DNA from: Klebsormidium nitens
Taxonomy: Eukaryota; Plantae; Klebsormidiophyceae
Reading direction: 5' to 3'
Assembly (NCBI GenBank): GCA_000708835.1
Contig: DF237097.1
Location: 1-64,000 of the forward strand
Length of the DNA stretch: 64,000 bases
Shown: one piece after another, positions 36,601 through 48,700 of the stretch
Layout: every line of letters begins with the position of its first letter
Numbering within the stretch: position 1 is the first letter of the stretch
The notes under the pieces: generated by a model
What the model was told of the DNA's origin: nothing
The model's database searches: none
The model's input: only the letters and a program-made list of their open reading frames with translations
Translations under genes and position numbers: made by a program

Positions 36601-39600
36601 CGTCAACTTTTTGTGGTGGCGACTCCAAGCCTGCTGAACGGAAAAGGATGTTGGCAACGTCATCTCTTACGGGGTCCCAACATGTTGTCCTCGGAACGTA
36701 TTGGCGGTGATCAGTTGCGCGCCGGCCCTATTGCCGTATTGTGCGTCCGGTACGGTCGTTGAGCGTGCGTAGATTCGCAAAAGACGGAATGCCTGCTTGT
36801 GTCAGCAGTCCCCACGCGAAGGGTTGCCAAAAGCTAGAGTTCTCATCTTGCTGGCTTCACTGACCGTAATGTCGATCTGGACTGAGCTGTGCGGGGGAGT
36901 CTCAAGTCTCATGGACGATCGTGCCTAGCGGGAAGAAATGTTTGCTTCTCCCCCTCAGACGTTTTCGCTCTTGCCTGGAAGCGCCCTTGGCATCGTGTAC
37001 TGACCTTAAGCTTTTTAACATCAGAATCGTGGTTCTTTCTGCAGCAAGAGAACGACCCTGAAGGCCGGCCCCAGATCCGGACGGTACAACGGCGGCTGCT
37101 GCGGACGCTGGACATGCTGCTGGCCGTCTGTCCGCACGAGGCGGGCGCGCGCTTCTTGCGGGTCAAGGTCAGGCTGCCACGTGGACGCTTATCTAACGAA
37201 GCTTCAATCCGTCTCGAATTATGTTGCAGAAGTATTGGTCGTGGGCGTAGGTGCAATTAACGTATACCTCATCGTTACTTTTGGAAGTGAAGAACGTACT
37301 TGAGAAAAGATCCGTTGTTCGCAGATTCACGACAGTTTTGGCAAGATTTTGAGACGCTCAGACTCGAACTGTTGGTCTTCCTAATGTTGTCGTTTGATTG
37401 CCGGTTTGTCATTTCTGACAAGCGGGTCGCCCGTTTGAGGACAGAAACACGCTCACACGAACTATCTAAGACCAAACGGTGCTTTGCTTTTGTCCCTTTG
37501 GAAGTTCGGCTTTTCCTTGTCTTCCTTCTGATCCCCTTTCGCTGCCAGGTCCCTTCATCTCCTGACGTCATGCTCCCGTCACCTCCGCAGGTTGAGCTTG
37601 CGTCACTCCAGTTTGAAGGGGCGTTGGAGGACATACAGGTAAGCTCGCCCTTCTGCGATTCTCCCGTTCAGAATTTTCCTATGCTTGTCTTTTTCCTTGA
37701 GAAGCCCGACTGGAAGGTTGCTTTGTAACAAAGTTTCTCGTTTTTTTATCAGCGAGCCGGACGCTTTGCTGGAGGGTCCGCACACTCTTACGAAACGGTG
37801 TACCGACCACTTGCATTGTCTTTCTCGCTGTGACTTGAAAGGCATGCGAAATGCGGGCGGCGCCCAGGAGACGGGTGGAGTTAGTATGTTGATGGGGGTG
37901 GTTTTGGGCGCAGAGCGTGTAAAGCTCTTGGTTTTGGCTTTTGCGTTGAAGACCCGGGGGACTCAAGAGTCCAGGTCAAACTGTGTGCAAAAGAACACAC
38001 CAGCACACCACTTGCAGGCCCTTCTGAGAATGGAGGAGGCCACGAGATCCGGTCTCAGTACGGCCTTCTCTTTATCCAAACGAAAGAAACAGAATCAGCG
38101 ACGGCGGGCAAGGTATGCGGACAAAGAAGACCGGGGAACTCGAACCTCAGGTCAAACGTGTGTTGAATGGAATTGACCAGCATACGCCTTGCAGGCCCTT
38201 CTGAGAATGGAGGAGGCCGGCCGGGAGACTCCCCCACGAGCACTGCTGCTCCAGTATGTGCACCGCGCGCAGGAAATGAAGCGCCAGCATCAGGTGGGGA
38301 ACTTCTTCATCCTTCTTTTCGCATGGCTCTTGTTGGAGTTTAGCAGCCTGCTCTTGCCTTTTCGGTCTTCGTTTCCGCATCCTCCCGCCCGCAACGCTGA
38401 TTTCTCTTTCCGTTTCCGGAAACAAGAGAAGGCTGTACCATCTTGTGACCAAAGCACGGTCTCGGGATGATGACCTCCGTACGGTCGTTGCTTCGAGGAG
38501 AGGGAAGCCACAGCTTGCGTAACATCCTCAATGCTCACATATTAAGGATTTTGTGCTTGCGCGCCGACCTGGGCCAAGACGATTAATCGCCGCTGGGCAA
38601 TCATTCCACCATATTTTTTTAAAGTCGGCATCCTAAGCTAGTTTTCTTTTGCTCGCCTCTCTGCTCACCCCCCGGCGTGAAATTCTGGCCTTTGACCGCA
38701 CCAGTTGCGGTATTTCGACTCTGTTTCCTTCCGCTATTCGGTGCTCCTCTTCTGACTCAAAACGTTGGTTTGCAACAGCCATTAATTGTGTAGTCCCGTC
38801 CATTGTTTGAGCCAGAATACTGACCTGTAAACGCACCTGATCTAATACTCCCGCCCCTTATCCTAGTCAAGGAACTGACCTGTAAACGCACCCCTTCGTT
38901 TATCCCCTCCCACCTTCGGAGCTAGAATACCGGTTGTGAACGCACCTGTTTGTGCATCCCACCCATCTTCGGAGTCAAGATACTGACCACTAATTGCACC
39001 TAACCAAGTAGATCCCGCCCATCTTCCGGGGTCCGTATATGCTTTCAAGCAAGTATCCTTGCCCATCTTCCGAGTTAGACACGGACTGTGACACGACCTA
39101 ACCGACTTTTTCCGCCCATATCGCTAGGGCTGGTGCGAGGAAGTCCGCGCCCCGCGCCCCCCCGGGCTGCTCTACCGGGTGGGGCAAGTGATGCACCACA
39201 TGCAGTACGACTACCGGGGCCTCATCTTCGGGTGGGACCCGGTATGTACCGCCGACGAAGAGTGGATCCAGGCCATGCAGGTGGACCGACTGTCCGGGGG
39301 ACGCGCCCAGCCCTTCTACCGGGTGCTTGTCGACGAGCAGGAGAGGCGCAGCCAGTCTACTTATGGTGAGTCGGGGGGACAGTCGGGGGGACGATCGGGA
39401 GGTACTGTATAACGTTATCTCTAACGAGCAGGAGGGGCGCAGCCTGTCTACCTGTGGCGAGCGAGTTGGGGGATTGGCGGATCTCGGGATTGGGGGTAGA
39501 TCTACCGGGGAAGGTCTTTGGGTGTATGGAGGAATGTTGATGACGTGTGGGTTGACGTAGGAAAGAAGGACCTTTGTTTCAGTGCCGGGTCCCTCCTTCC

Positions 39601-40936
39601 TGCATAATAAAAGGGCCAGGATTTCGTACAGTTGACATTTGGGGCTTACATGAACTCGAAACTCACTTTCCCACGGTCGTGGATCTTTTTCAACAGAGTT
39701 TGCTCTCTGCGGAGCTGAGTATTTGCTAAGACTCCGGGTCGGGAGGTATTTAGTAGGCTGAAGTTCTCTCGCACTTCAGCTCAATGAACTGTGAAGGATT
39801 TTGAGTGAAGGCTCCTAAAGCTTTGCGGGGGTCCGCCCCGAGATCGACGATGTGGATGTGAGTCGATCCGTTGCAAAGCAACCCCTCTCTGAGCGTTCAA
39901 TCTTCATACGCTGTTCTTCAAGCCTAAAGTCTCACGGAAATTTTGCGCGCGTACAAGATCGTTCGCAGGCATGTCACTCGGAGGCACCCAAGTTGACATC
40001 AGCTTTCGGACTGCTTTCGAGTAACGCGCGGAAGCAAGTAAAGGCGTTCTTTTTGTGGAAATCAAATCCCTGCAGGAGCAGCCCATCAACGGATCTTTGA
40101 TAATGCTTCCTCGCAGTGGCTCAGGAGAACATCGAACTGATTGCACCAACTGCCCAACCCTTGCAACTGGAGGAGTTTGGGATGCACTTTTTGGGATTCA
40201 GGTATGGTAATCCACTCGCCGTTCACTTCTGGGGCGACGAAGGTAGCCCACTTATCCGGAAAACCGTGCGGAGCAATCTGGTTTGGAAGCTTTTAAAGAA
40301 AACCGTCACGGAAAGGCATTCGTCTCTCACTAGGCACGTTTCTGCTTGTATTGGAGCTTAGGGTTCAGCGTCCGTTACAACCTTCGCTTGGTTGCCGTTT
40401 GATTTTGAGCTCGCTCCTTCATGCAAGCATTTCCCCTAAGGAACTTTTGCCATCCTTGATGTGGGGCTTCAAGGGGTTTGCTGACGGCTGCTTCGGACTT
40501 GACTGTTGCAACTTCTGAAATGACAGTTTGCAGAGGAAAAGGCGCCTCACTGGCTGTCCTTTTACCGTTCCTGCGGACTGTGCACTCAGATCTGAAGGCC
40601 CAGACTGCCACGTGGCAAGCCACTTCGCATGCCAGCGGCAATCTTTAGCATCGGAACGCCACCTGCGTTGAATTTGGTCCTAGCTTTTGATTACTTGATA
40701 AAGTTGCAGCGTGCCACCTGGTTGGGAGCAATCCTGGGTGAACGTTCATCTAACCTTTCTGCTCCTTCACACTTACCGTATGCCACTATTTGTTGAACTC
40801 AATCTGTCCATTTCTTTTTGGGCCCTTTCGATCTCACTTGTTGCTTGTCTGCTTGATCAGTGCCAACGGCGAGGGTAGCGGGGTCTATGTGCCAAACGCT
40901 TACTTGCGATACCGCTACCCAGAGGACTTTGCGTGA
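30606..40936 (+). CDS. FBXO21: FBXO21-like protein: F-box + Transglut_core2 (SirB1-like) + YccV/HspQ-like domain, 552 aa; 14 exons (30606-30656, 31640-31805, 32115-32263, 33812-33858, 34415-34501, 35143-35355, 35676-35852, 36228-36327, 37045-37167, 37591-37638, 38195-38293, 39128-39365, 40117-40201, 40861-40936)
   Basis: Phases are consistent (1659 nt); intron 1 has a GC donor. F-box LPGELLLK|IFQGLGLHDLLTVSQVCKAW; YYVPENSFLNKVLEGRKGIPITLAIIY...IGIPAHFLVR...FIDCFHGG; VWARMCNNL; YRVGQVMHH..YDYRGLIFGWDP...QPFYRVLVD...TYVAQENI...YRYPED. Confidence 0.88.
32749..32834. repeat. Perfect 42-bp tandem duplication in intron
   Basis: TTCTTTCGAGAACTGCTTTCAAGCCCCAGATGATTCCAAGAC occurs twice, directly adjacent. 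Confidence 0.95.
38011..38041 (+). repeat. Intronic copy of FBXO21-like exon-11 acceptor junction
   Basis: 31-bp perfect match to 38188-38218 (CTTGCAG|GCCCTTCTGAGAATGGAGGAGGCC); offset 177 bp. Confidence 0.9.
38814..39075. repeat. Degenerate ~55-bp minisatellite, about 4-5 units, intronic
   Basis: ACTGACCTGTAAACGCACC is identical at 38819 and 38874, with variants at 38929 and 38982. CCCATCTTC recurs in the later units. Confidence 0.8.
39424..39461 (+). repeat. Intronic copy of FBXO21-like exon-12 end and donor
   Basis: 33/38 identical to 39333-39370; the donor GT has become GC; offset 91 bp. Confidence 0.85.
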
Positions 40937-42273
40937 ACACAGTTCCAGCGCGCTACAGACAGCGAACTGCGCTAATATTCACAAGCTGGACCAGGAGCCA
41001 GGGCTGCGACCGTATGCATGCTCCTCCATATCGCGCGCAGATCAATCATTGAGCTTTTGTGGTTATTGTCTAGAAGGAGTTTTGAGCTACGGTTTATTTG
41101 CGGGTAGCCCTCCACGTGTGCACAACCTCCACAATTAAGATAGGGATAGGGATAGGTATAGGTGCTTTTCAAAGTGCATCATTGCACTACGTTAAGCCTA
41201 GGGTAATAGAGACACGTGTTGGTTTATTAAGCATCTTCAAGATCATCGGGTCCGCTAATAGCGGGAACGAACAAGACTGCTACTCTCATCGACGGTTCAT
41301 AGGGTAAGAGATTGGCTGGGGAGTCAAGCGGTCAACCGTGCCAGTATCTTAGCCGTAATCAGCGGATAACCGATGAGTTACGCTTTTGCTCTAGGTCATT
41401 TTTGTTATAGACGCAGTTTGAAGACGTTTTGGCACATAGAACTCTGTTTTGTCTTCGAGTAAGTTTACTTTTAACAATCACTGTTTCTCACAGTTACGTT
41501 AGTGATATAGGTGGGATATGTACTTCTCGTAACACTTGTCCCAATAGTTGCAGCCAATTGCAACACGTGCGTGCTGTATCGAACTTACCTAGATGGTGTA
41601 CATCCAGGTTTCTGCAACTTCCATAAACATTCAACTCGCATGCTGAATTTGATACCGTCTACACAGCAATCATCTACATGGGTCGCGGGCGGCCATATGC
41701 CGATTGTGGCGTGAGTTCAAGATATACTACATATCCGTGTAATGGTTGCTTGCACGTACGTCATGTACATGAAGTGTTGTGCATGGGTCTTAGCTCCTTC
41801 CCTAAGGGATTCGTTATACTTCCAAGCTAGCGAAGCGATAGTATAGAGAGCGGTATGCCAGCCGCGATTCTCTCGTAGTCCCAATCCCATATATTGCTGC
41901 ATCGTGCATGCACGGTCACACCGGGTACTCGAGTCTGGGCGCATAAATCTATGACCCAGCCGTAAACGTCGGATGCTGCATCGAAGGCTCGAGTTGCACC
42001 GAGAAGAACTAAGCTGCATGAGCGTGAAGCTTTCCTACTGGGAGTTGAATATTCAATTTGGACCAAAGGGGTCATATCATGCATTTAGCTGTCGATCGCA
42101 ATTGAGATGTAAGTTGAGCTGATCGACGATATTAAAAGTACAATCTTCTTCATCTAAGCCATGCAAGGTCTCACATGTTCCGAAGCTCGCCAGACAATCG
42201 TCGAACCCCTTAACAAACCGCATGCCTTTTTCATACAAGCACCAACCCCAGGAAAGCGCGGTCGTCACGTCAA

Positions 42274-44904
42274 TCAAAGCACGGACCAGTGGCTCCTCGC
42301 CAGTCCAAGTGCGCGGAAGCAAACGCCGGCCAACCAGTCCATAGTTGCCAACTCCCACGCAAAGCCCTCGAGCAACGCGAACCGGGCGGCGCTTCCTCCA
42401 CGACCCGTGTCCGTTTCCGCAGACTCCCCTTTTGGAAGTAGCGGAAAAAGCACGCGCGCGCTGTCTGCAGAGTATGCCTCCAAACCGCTTCTCTGTTGGT
42501 CACGTGTCCCCACTCCGAAGTGGACACGTGTACCAGTCCCGTCTATCCTCTTCTCGACTACATGATCTTCTGCGTCGCTCCGCAGAGCACCTAACGCAGC
42601 CCTAAAGGAACCGTCCGTGGAACTTGGGAGGTCTCCCTCATCATTCTCCATCGTAGTTGTCATTGCCCGCGCAGAATCGAGATCGATGCCGTCTCCTAGA
42701 TAGCTTGTTTCCCTGTTTTGCCGCTCCTCCTCTTCCCTCTCGAGAAGACGGCCTGACGTCACCGACTGCCAAGACAGGAGGGCCCTCGAGCCGCGATCCG
42801 CAGAGAGAGAGAACGTTGACGTTCGTTCCTCTTCAACGCTCTCCCCACGTCCCTCCTCTTCTGTCCCGAACAACCTTTTGGCGCAACCTTTTCGTTCGGC
42901 AGGGTGCAGCATCTCATTCCATTTGTTCCCCAGCGGAACCTCGTTCTCGTCTGCGAAGCATTCACCACTTGCTAAATCTTCCAGACCGTCACCGTTTCCT
43001 TGCCAGAGGGAATCATAGGATTCCGTTGATTCCGACGCCGGAACGCCCCCCCGACCAGCCAGGCCGGTCCGAACCGCTTGCCCGGTAAACCGAGGCTTCA
43101 GTGCAACTAGAGAAGACCGCCCATTGCCCCCACTCATCTGCCTCTTCGTAGGCGACATCGAAGCCGTCACTTCCCTTCTCACGGTCGCCTCTTTTTGCGC
43201 TTCCACAATCAAGAAACCCGCCTCTGTCATCTCTTCCCTTCCGCTTATTAAAGCCGCCCTTTCCTGCTCTCCCTCGAGCACCTCTCCCTCTTTTCGACCC
43301 TCTGGACCAGTTCCATTTCCATTGCTCCCAGCGGAAGGCCCGACAACTAGCCCCGGCTTCTGCGGCTCTTCAGCCACTCTCTCACTCACGGCGCCAACCT
43401 CTTCCGAGCCCCCTTCTTGCGCCCATTGCACTGTCTGGCCCCGCTCTAGGTCCTCAACCGTTCCTTTGCCCCCGTCCCCCAACCCCCCGCCCTCCAGAAA
43501 GCTTTCAATCGTCCTTTCCTGAAGTCGTTCATCTAGCAACCTGAGCTGAGCCACGAAGCCCGCGTTAGGGTTCGCTTTCCGCCGGAATTTGCGCACGTGG
43601 CGCTTGGCGTCCGCGTAGCTGAGCCCCCGCCGGGCCATAAGGTATGCCGTGCAGACGGCAGTACTCCGAGAGATGCCTGCGGACGTTCGGAAAGGAGCGT
43701 TCTCTGCGTACGGATCTCAAAAGAGTTTTCGAAACTTAGTTTGCAGGCCTACGATGCCTCAGGCAGAAGGATTGCTGATTTGCGTACGAAGTTGTCGATA
43801 TATCCCACCTTCAGGTTAGAAACGTAGATCGAAAGGTGCCTGCACATGTTCGTGTTGAGAAACGAGAATCGATGCCGAGGTGGAGGACGTTGGCATCTTC
43901 AGATGCTCATCATCCCCGGACGTTAACCACGACCTCTGCATCCGGACACTGATGTCGGTGCAGATTTCAAAAGCCTAAGGACTCACTCGAATTTGTATGA
44001 AGCTGAACACGTTAGGACTGAACGCCACACACAATCAACGGACAGTTGCGCAAGCAAAGCCTTTCCACTAGTACACCTTTCAGTGGCCAGCAAGCAAGAC
44101 ATAAGAGGCAGCAGCTGAGCCCTAGCACATCTTGGATGCAACACGAAAAATGTTTTTGGAAGCTGTGTTGCTTGCTCTGGCCCGCAGGAAAAAACTCGTA
44201 TTCCAGACCCTTACGTTTAGTTCTTTGAGCTTGCTCGCTTTGACCCTTCTTGACTTAGGGATGTGAAAACGCGTGAACAAGCTTACACACTCCGTCTGAG
44301 AATCAGGGTTCTTACCGGGTAGGGCAGATTAAGAAAGTTTAGAGAATCTCTTCCGACACAACTGTCTTGATTGAATGCCAAACTTCAGCGCTTGAATCTT
44401 AAAAAGCGCGTCTGCTTCTTTTAGCACAAAGGTGATCCCAGTTTGGTCTTCCTTAAGAGCACGATGACCTTGCAGTTTGCATTATAATGACTAGAAGCGA
44501 GGCAGGGATGCCCTACCTGCAAAGCAGTGAACAAACACCTTCCCCCGCTCTGCCTTGGCCTGCTCAATGAACTCAAACGCCTGGTCCCACTTCCCTGCCA
44601 GCTCCTCCCCGCACTCGCTCCAGTCTTCCACATCCAAAACAAAGTACTGAAAGCCTATAAATTGCTCGGGGCGTCCATATGTGTCCATCACCGGGAGGAT
44701 ATGAGTGACGCCCAGTCTCCTGAGATTATACGGACACAGGGCCGGGGAGCGTCCCCCGACCAGCAGGCCGCCGTCCAAGTATGCCAGGTCGTTCTTCCAG
44801 CGACAGTAGGCGTTTGCGCACGGAAAGCACGCCGTCTCTTCATGGTGTGGGGCCCAAGCAATCTGCCCTTCGTGGCCGAGACTTCTAGGAGGCCTGGCAG
44901 CCAT
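42274..44904 (-). CDS. Dual-specificity protein phosphatase with long low-complexity C-terminal extension, 596 aa; exons 44904-44517 and 43676-42274
   Basis: Splicing creates the CX5R loop VFVHCFAG|ISRSTAVCTAYLM. Also present: LGVTHIL, the D-loop DVED, and ANPNAGFVAQL (AYLM...PNxGF signature of MKP/DUSP-type DSPs). Confidence 0.87.
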
Positions 44905-45722
44905 ATATGTGCTGGTGGGAAGCTGAGTGACTATGATCAAAGCGCAATTCAAGTCTGAGCTGTTTCTGAGAGGTGGCTAGGGGTTCAGCTTGCCGCCGCG
45001 TGCCGCCACTTTGAAAGCTGCTCCCTCCATCTGGCGCACGTCCTTACATTGAGTTGAATTGTGCCATTCCCCCAGGTACTATGTTTGTTCATGGTGTTTG
45101 AATCCGCGGGCCCGCCAATCGAGGTAGCGGCTGCGCGCAGCCGGGGCCGCGCCGCGGCCGAACCGGGCCGCGCGCAGGGTTTCGGCCCACATCCAAGGTT
45201 CCAACGATCTAGATCGGGTCATATTCAGAGTTTGGGTACACGGTAGATTCGCTGAGGTTATAACTTCGTGGCTTTGGACGGCTAAGATTCATGAAGAGAC
45301 ATCTTCATCCATCGACGCCTTCGATAATCAGTTGGTTACAGCCAGGCGGTTTGCGACTTAAAAACCCGGCTTCATCAGGCTTAACCCTGATTAAGCGTCA
45401 ATCCTGGTGTTCACTAACCCAGGTGGTTTAGTGTCCGTCTCCTTGTGGATCCCCAGATTCTAGCTGCGAACATCTGGGCCGTGGACGTGTCCACCTCAGC
45501 AGCGTGGGTGGCAGACAGATTCTGTTGTCCGCATGAATCTCCTTCGCACAAGGAAGGGTGGCTGCATTGCTTGCGCGTACCTACAGATCAGCACCGACAC
45601 AAAACAGCGCACAGATCTCTGAATAAGTTCAGGGCGGCCGCCTTCTTGTTGTGTTGGTACGTTGTTACGCAGGAAAAGTTGGAGGTGAATTTACCTTGTG
45701 GAGCTGGGAGACGGGCGCAGCA
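44905..45722. promoter_or_regulatory. Divergent spacer DSP / AGPase small subunit
   Basis: Head-to-head ATGs about 820 bp apart, with a GC-rich self-complementary patch at about 45130-45190. Confidence 0.4.
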
Positions 45723-48700
45723 ATGGCAGCTTCGATGTCAGCTGCGGCGACCGCCTCACAGCTGACGTTTTCGTCTTGTACCGCTTCGGTGTCTTCCAGA
45801 GCCGAAAGCCGGCCACAGAGCGTTGCTGGCTCGTGTAGATATAGCAGTCGCAGAGGGTTTTTGAATGGAGCGAGCGATGTGTTGGGATCGGGGAGCAGTG
45901 ACGGGATCAGGGGACGGCAAATCGCGGCTCCGGTTGTAAAGAGACAGGCAGTTCGGACGCAACGCTTCAAAGTCCCTTCTGCTGTCTCAGATTCAGGCTT
46001 GGGGCAAGCAGATACCGATCTGAACCCTGATGCAGGAAAGGTGAGGCTTCCTTTCAAGCTATCCCTTTCACAAGAATGGAAGAGAGCAGCAATGTGAGGT
46101 CCTTAGAAGACTGAGGAGGGAGACTGACAAGTCGCAGATTTGGCGGTGTTTAGCATGCACTTCCATTTTTACCTTGGATCCGATTGGACTCTATTTAAAG
46201 GATGAAGCGTTTGCTTTCCTGGCGGATTTGATCAGATCGGACTGACTGTAGGCTGTGTTGGGAGCCTTGTTCTCTCTTTCAAGTTCTTAGCGCATTCCTT
46301 GCCACGTCGTGCATGAATATTGAGAGGGACAGATTCTCTCGATTTATCCCTGTACGCAGCGTAGGTTAAATCTTCTTTTGCTGGTCATGTTGTGGAGCTG
46401 CTTTCGCCTCATGAATCATTACAAGAAGCCTTCCGAACTTTGCCGATTCAAGGTGTCCCCCATTCTTTCTATTGCGAAAAGGCCTACGTGTTTGCAGAAT
46501 TAGTTTGAGTAGGCAGCACTTGCCTTTTTGACACTTCTTTCAAAGATTCTCCTTACAAGTCCAGCGACTCTCATTTCCTGGGCAATTGTTTACAAGAGCT
46601 CGTGCTGATTAGGCTGCAGCCCATTTTGCAGCTGTTGTGTGAAATCTGGCAGTGAGTTGGATATATTGAGGCGCCATTTCTAGATTGAGCAATTGCGAAA
46701 CATATTCCTGCCACCATTGTGGCTCCGTCAACCTGTTAGTTGAACACACACGAATGCGTCGCAAAGTGCATGTTGAGCGCTTATGACCTCCCTATCATCC
46801 ACAATGCCTGTTCTCCGATGATTGGCAGTCTTGCTCGTACCGTTTTCTGCACATATTCGCCATGACTCGCCTCCGGGCTGCTCAGTTTGGCATGTTTTGA
46901 AAGTGAGCTCTGCAGTCTTTCTGATTAGGGTCTTGGTAATGGTGAAGCTATGTTTGATCAATATCTCTGAAGGATTGAGAGAATGGGTCGCTGGTTTGGC
47001 AATTGAGCAACGGGGTGGCGCCTCTATCGAACACTGTGCAGTTTCAGTTGGAAAACCATGTTTGCAGCCAAAAATCTCTTTGGTATTGTATATATGCTGT
47101 GCTTGGTATACAAGGATTTGCAGTACTCAGTGTCGCTGCCACTTTGTTCTCCACTCGCTGTTCTCGCGAGCATGCTGCACACATTGGTGTCTGCAGTATA
47201 AAGGCCAGTTCGTCTCGGGAGTCTGTTGTGTTCCTTCTGATGGAAAGCTGACCCTTCAGAAAAGGTGGACTACTTCATTCCAAACAACTCACGAGCTTTC
47301 GTAGTCTACTTTCACCATGAGACAAGAAAAATTCTGGTCTTACAATCGCGCATGCAAGGGTAGCTGAAGGCAATTTGCAGATCTCATGCTCATCAAGAGG
47401 TCAACTTGAGGGATCATCATAGCGCTGATTGTGTGCCTTGAAAAGGACTTTTGATTTGTTTGCAAGTGGCGCTGACAAAACTCCCTCACGAACATGAGAC
47501 TGGTGACTCTGGCCCGGAAAGGTCCTGTCAAAAGTTTAGATTGTGAATGCTATTGACCTGGTTGTCAATCCTTGTGTGATGCAATTTTGCTGTCATCTAC
47601 CGCACAGTTTTCACCTGAGCGCTTCCTTATGAGTGACACACGGCCCGAATGAAAATGGAGGAATCTGGAGTTCAATCAGTTGCGACTTGGCAATCCTTAC
47701 TCTATTCCAATATTGCTCAAATATTCCAATATTTCTCAAATATTCCAACATTGCTCAAATATTCCAATATTTCTCAAATAGCTGATGCCTGGCAGCACAT
47801 TGTCTTTCTTGTTACTTGGACGTTGTCAGGAACAGTTGTTGCTACTGAGGGCTCCAATCACTAATTGTACTCCCCATCTCTTTGCCTACCGTTGAAAGTG
47901 GTGGCGCTTTTGAAAGATTCCTTCAGTGTAGCAGAATTTCAATATCCGCTCTTCTGCATAGATGTTTGGTTTTGCATTTTATCCCTACCGCTGCTGAGGC
48001 CTGTACAGCAGATACACTGAAAGGTGAACTCTCTTGAGCGTGGCGGCCGGCGAAAGTCGGCGCTCGTGTGGTTACTGTCAAAGTGCTATAAGGCCACGCC
48101 ACACCATGTAGGAATTGTACAGTCCTACGTGCTTGCCTTCAATGTGCGCCGCTTCAAATACCCTGCCCTTTTCTTTTCCTCGCATAAGTCTTGCACTCCA
48201 ATACAATCGCCGAGACTGATGCGATCGCTGTCCTTGACCAAGCTCTTTTGTCAGCAAAGGGCATCTGACCCAACTCACATTTGTCCCATTGGTCCAAAAG
48301 CACATGACCTCTTAGGGCCTCAAAGCACGACACTCCCCGCCGCCTCTCAGTCGCCAAGGAAATTCCCTCCGCTCATTGCATCCCTTCCCGTCGGCAGAGC
48401 GTCCTCGGAATTATTCTGGGGGGCGGCGCCGGCACCCGCCTCTACCCCCTCACCAAGAAGCGCGCCAAGCCGGCGGTCCCCCTGGGCGCCAACTACCGCT
48501 TGATCGACATCCCCGTCAGCAACTGCATCAACAGCAACATCCGCAAGATCTACGTCCTCACACAATTCAACTCCGCGTCCCTCAACCGGCACCTGTCGCG
48601 CGCCTACTCCAAGAACATGGGCAGCCACAAGCAGGAGGGCTTCGTCGAGGTGCTGGCCGCGCAGCAGTCCCCCGAGAACCCCAACTGGTTCCAGGTACGT

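Noticed and set aside
28850-38990. Shared 15-mer CAAGATACTGACCAC in the island and the 55-bp minisatellite
   Set aside because: A few 15-mer matches are expected by chance in 64 kb and the homology does not extend.
44517-44904. DSP as a starch phosphatase (SEX4/LSF) completing a starch cluster
   Set aside because: The loop is HCFAGISRS with AYLM and PNxGF motifs (MKP/DUSP type), not the HCxAGxGR of glucan phosphatases. It has no CBM48 and no transit peptide.
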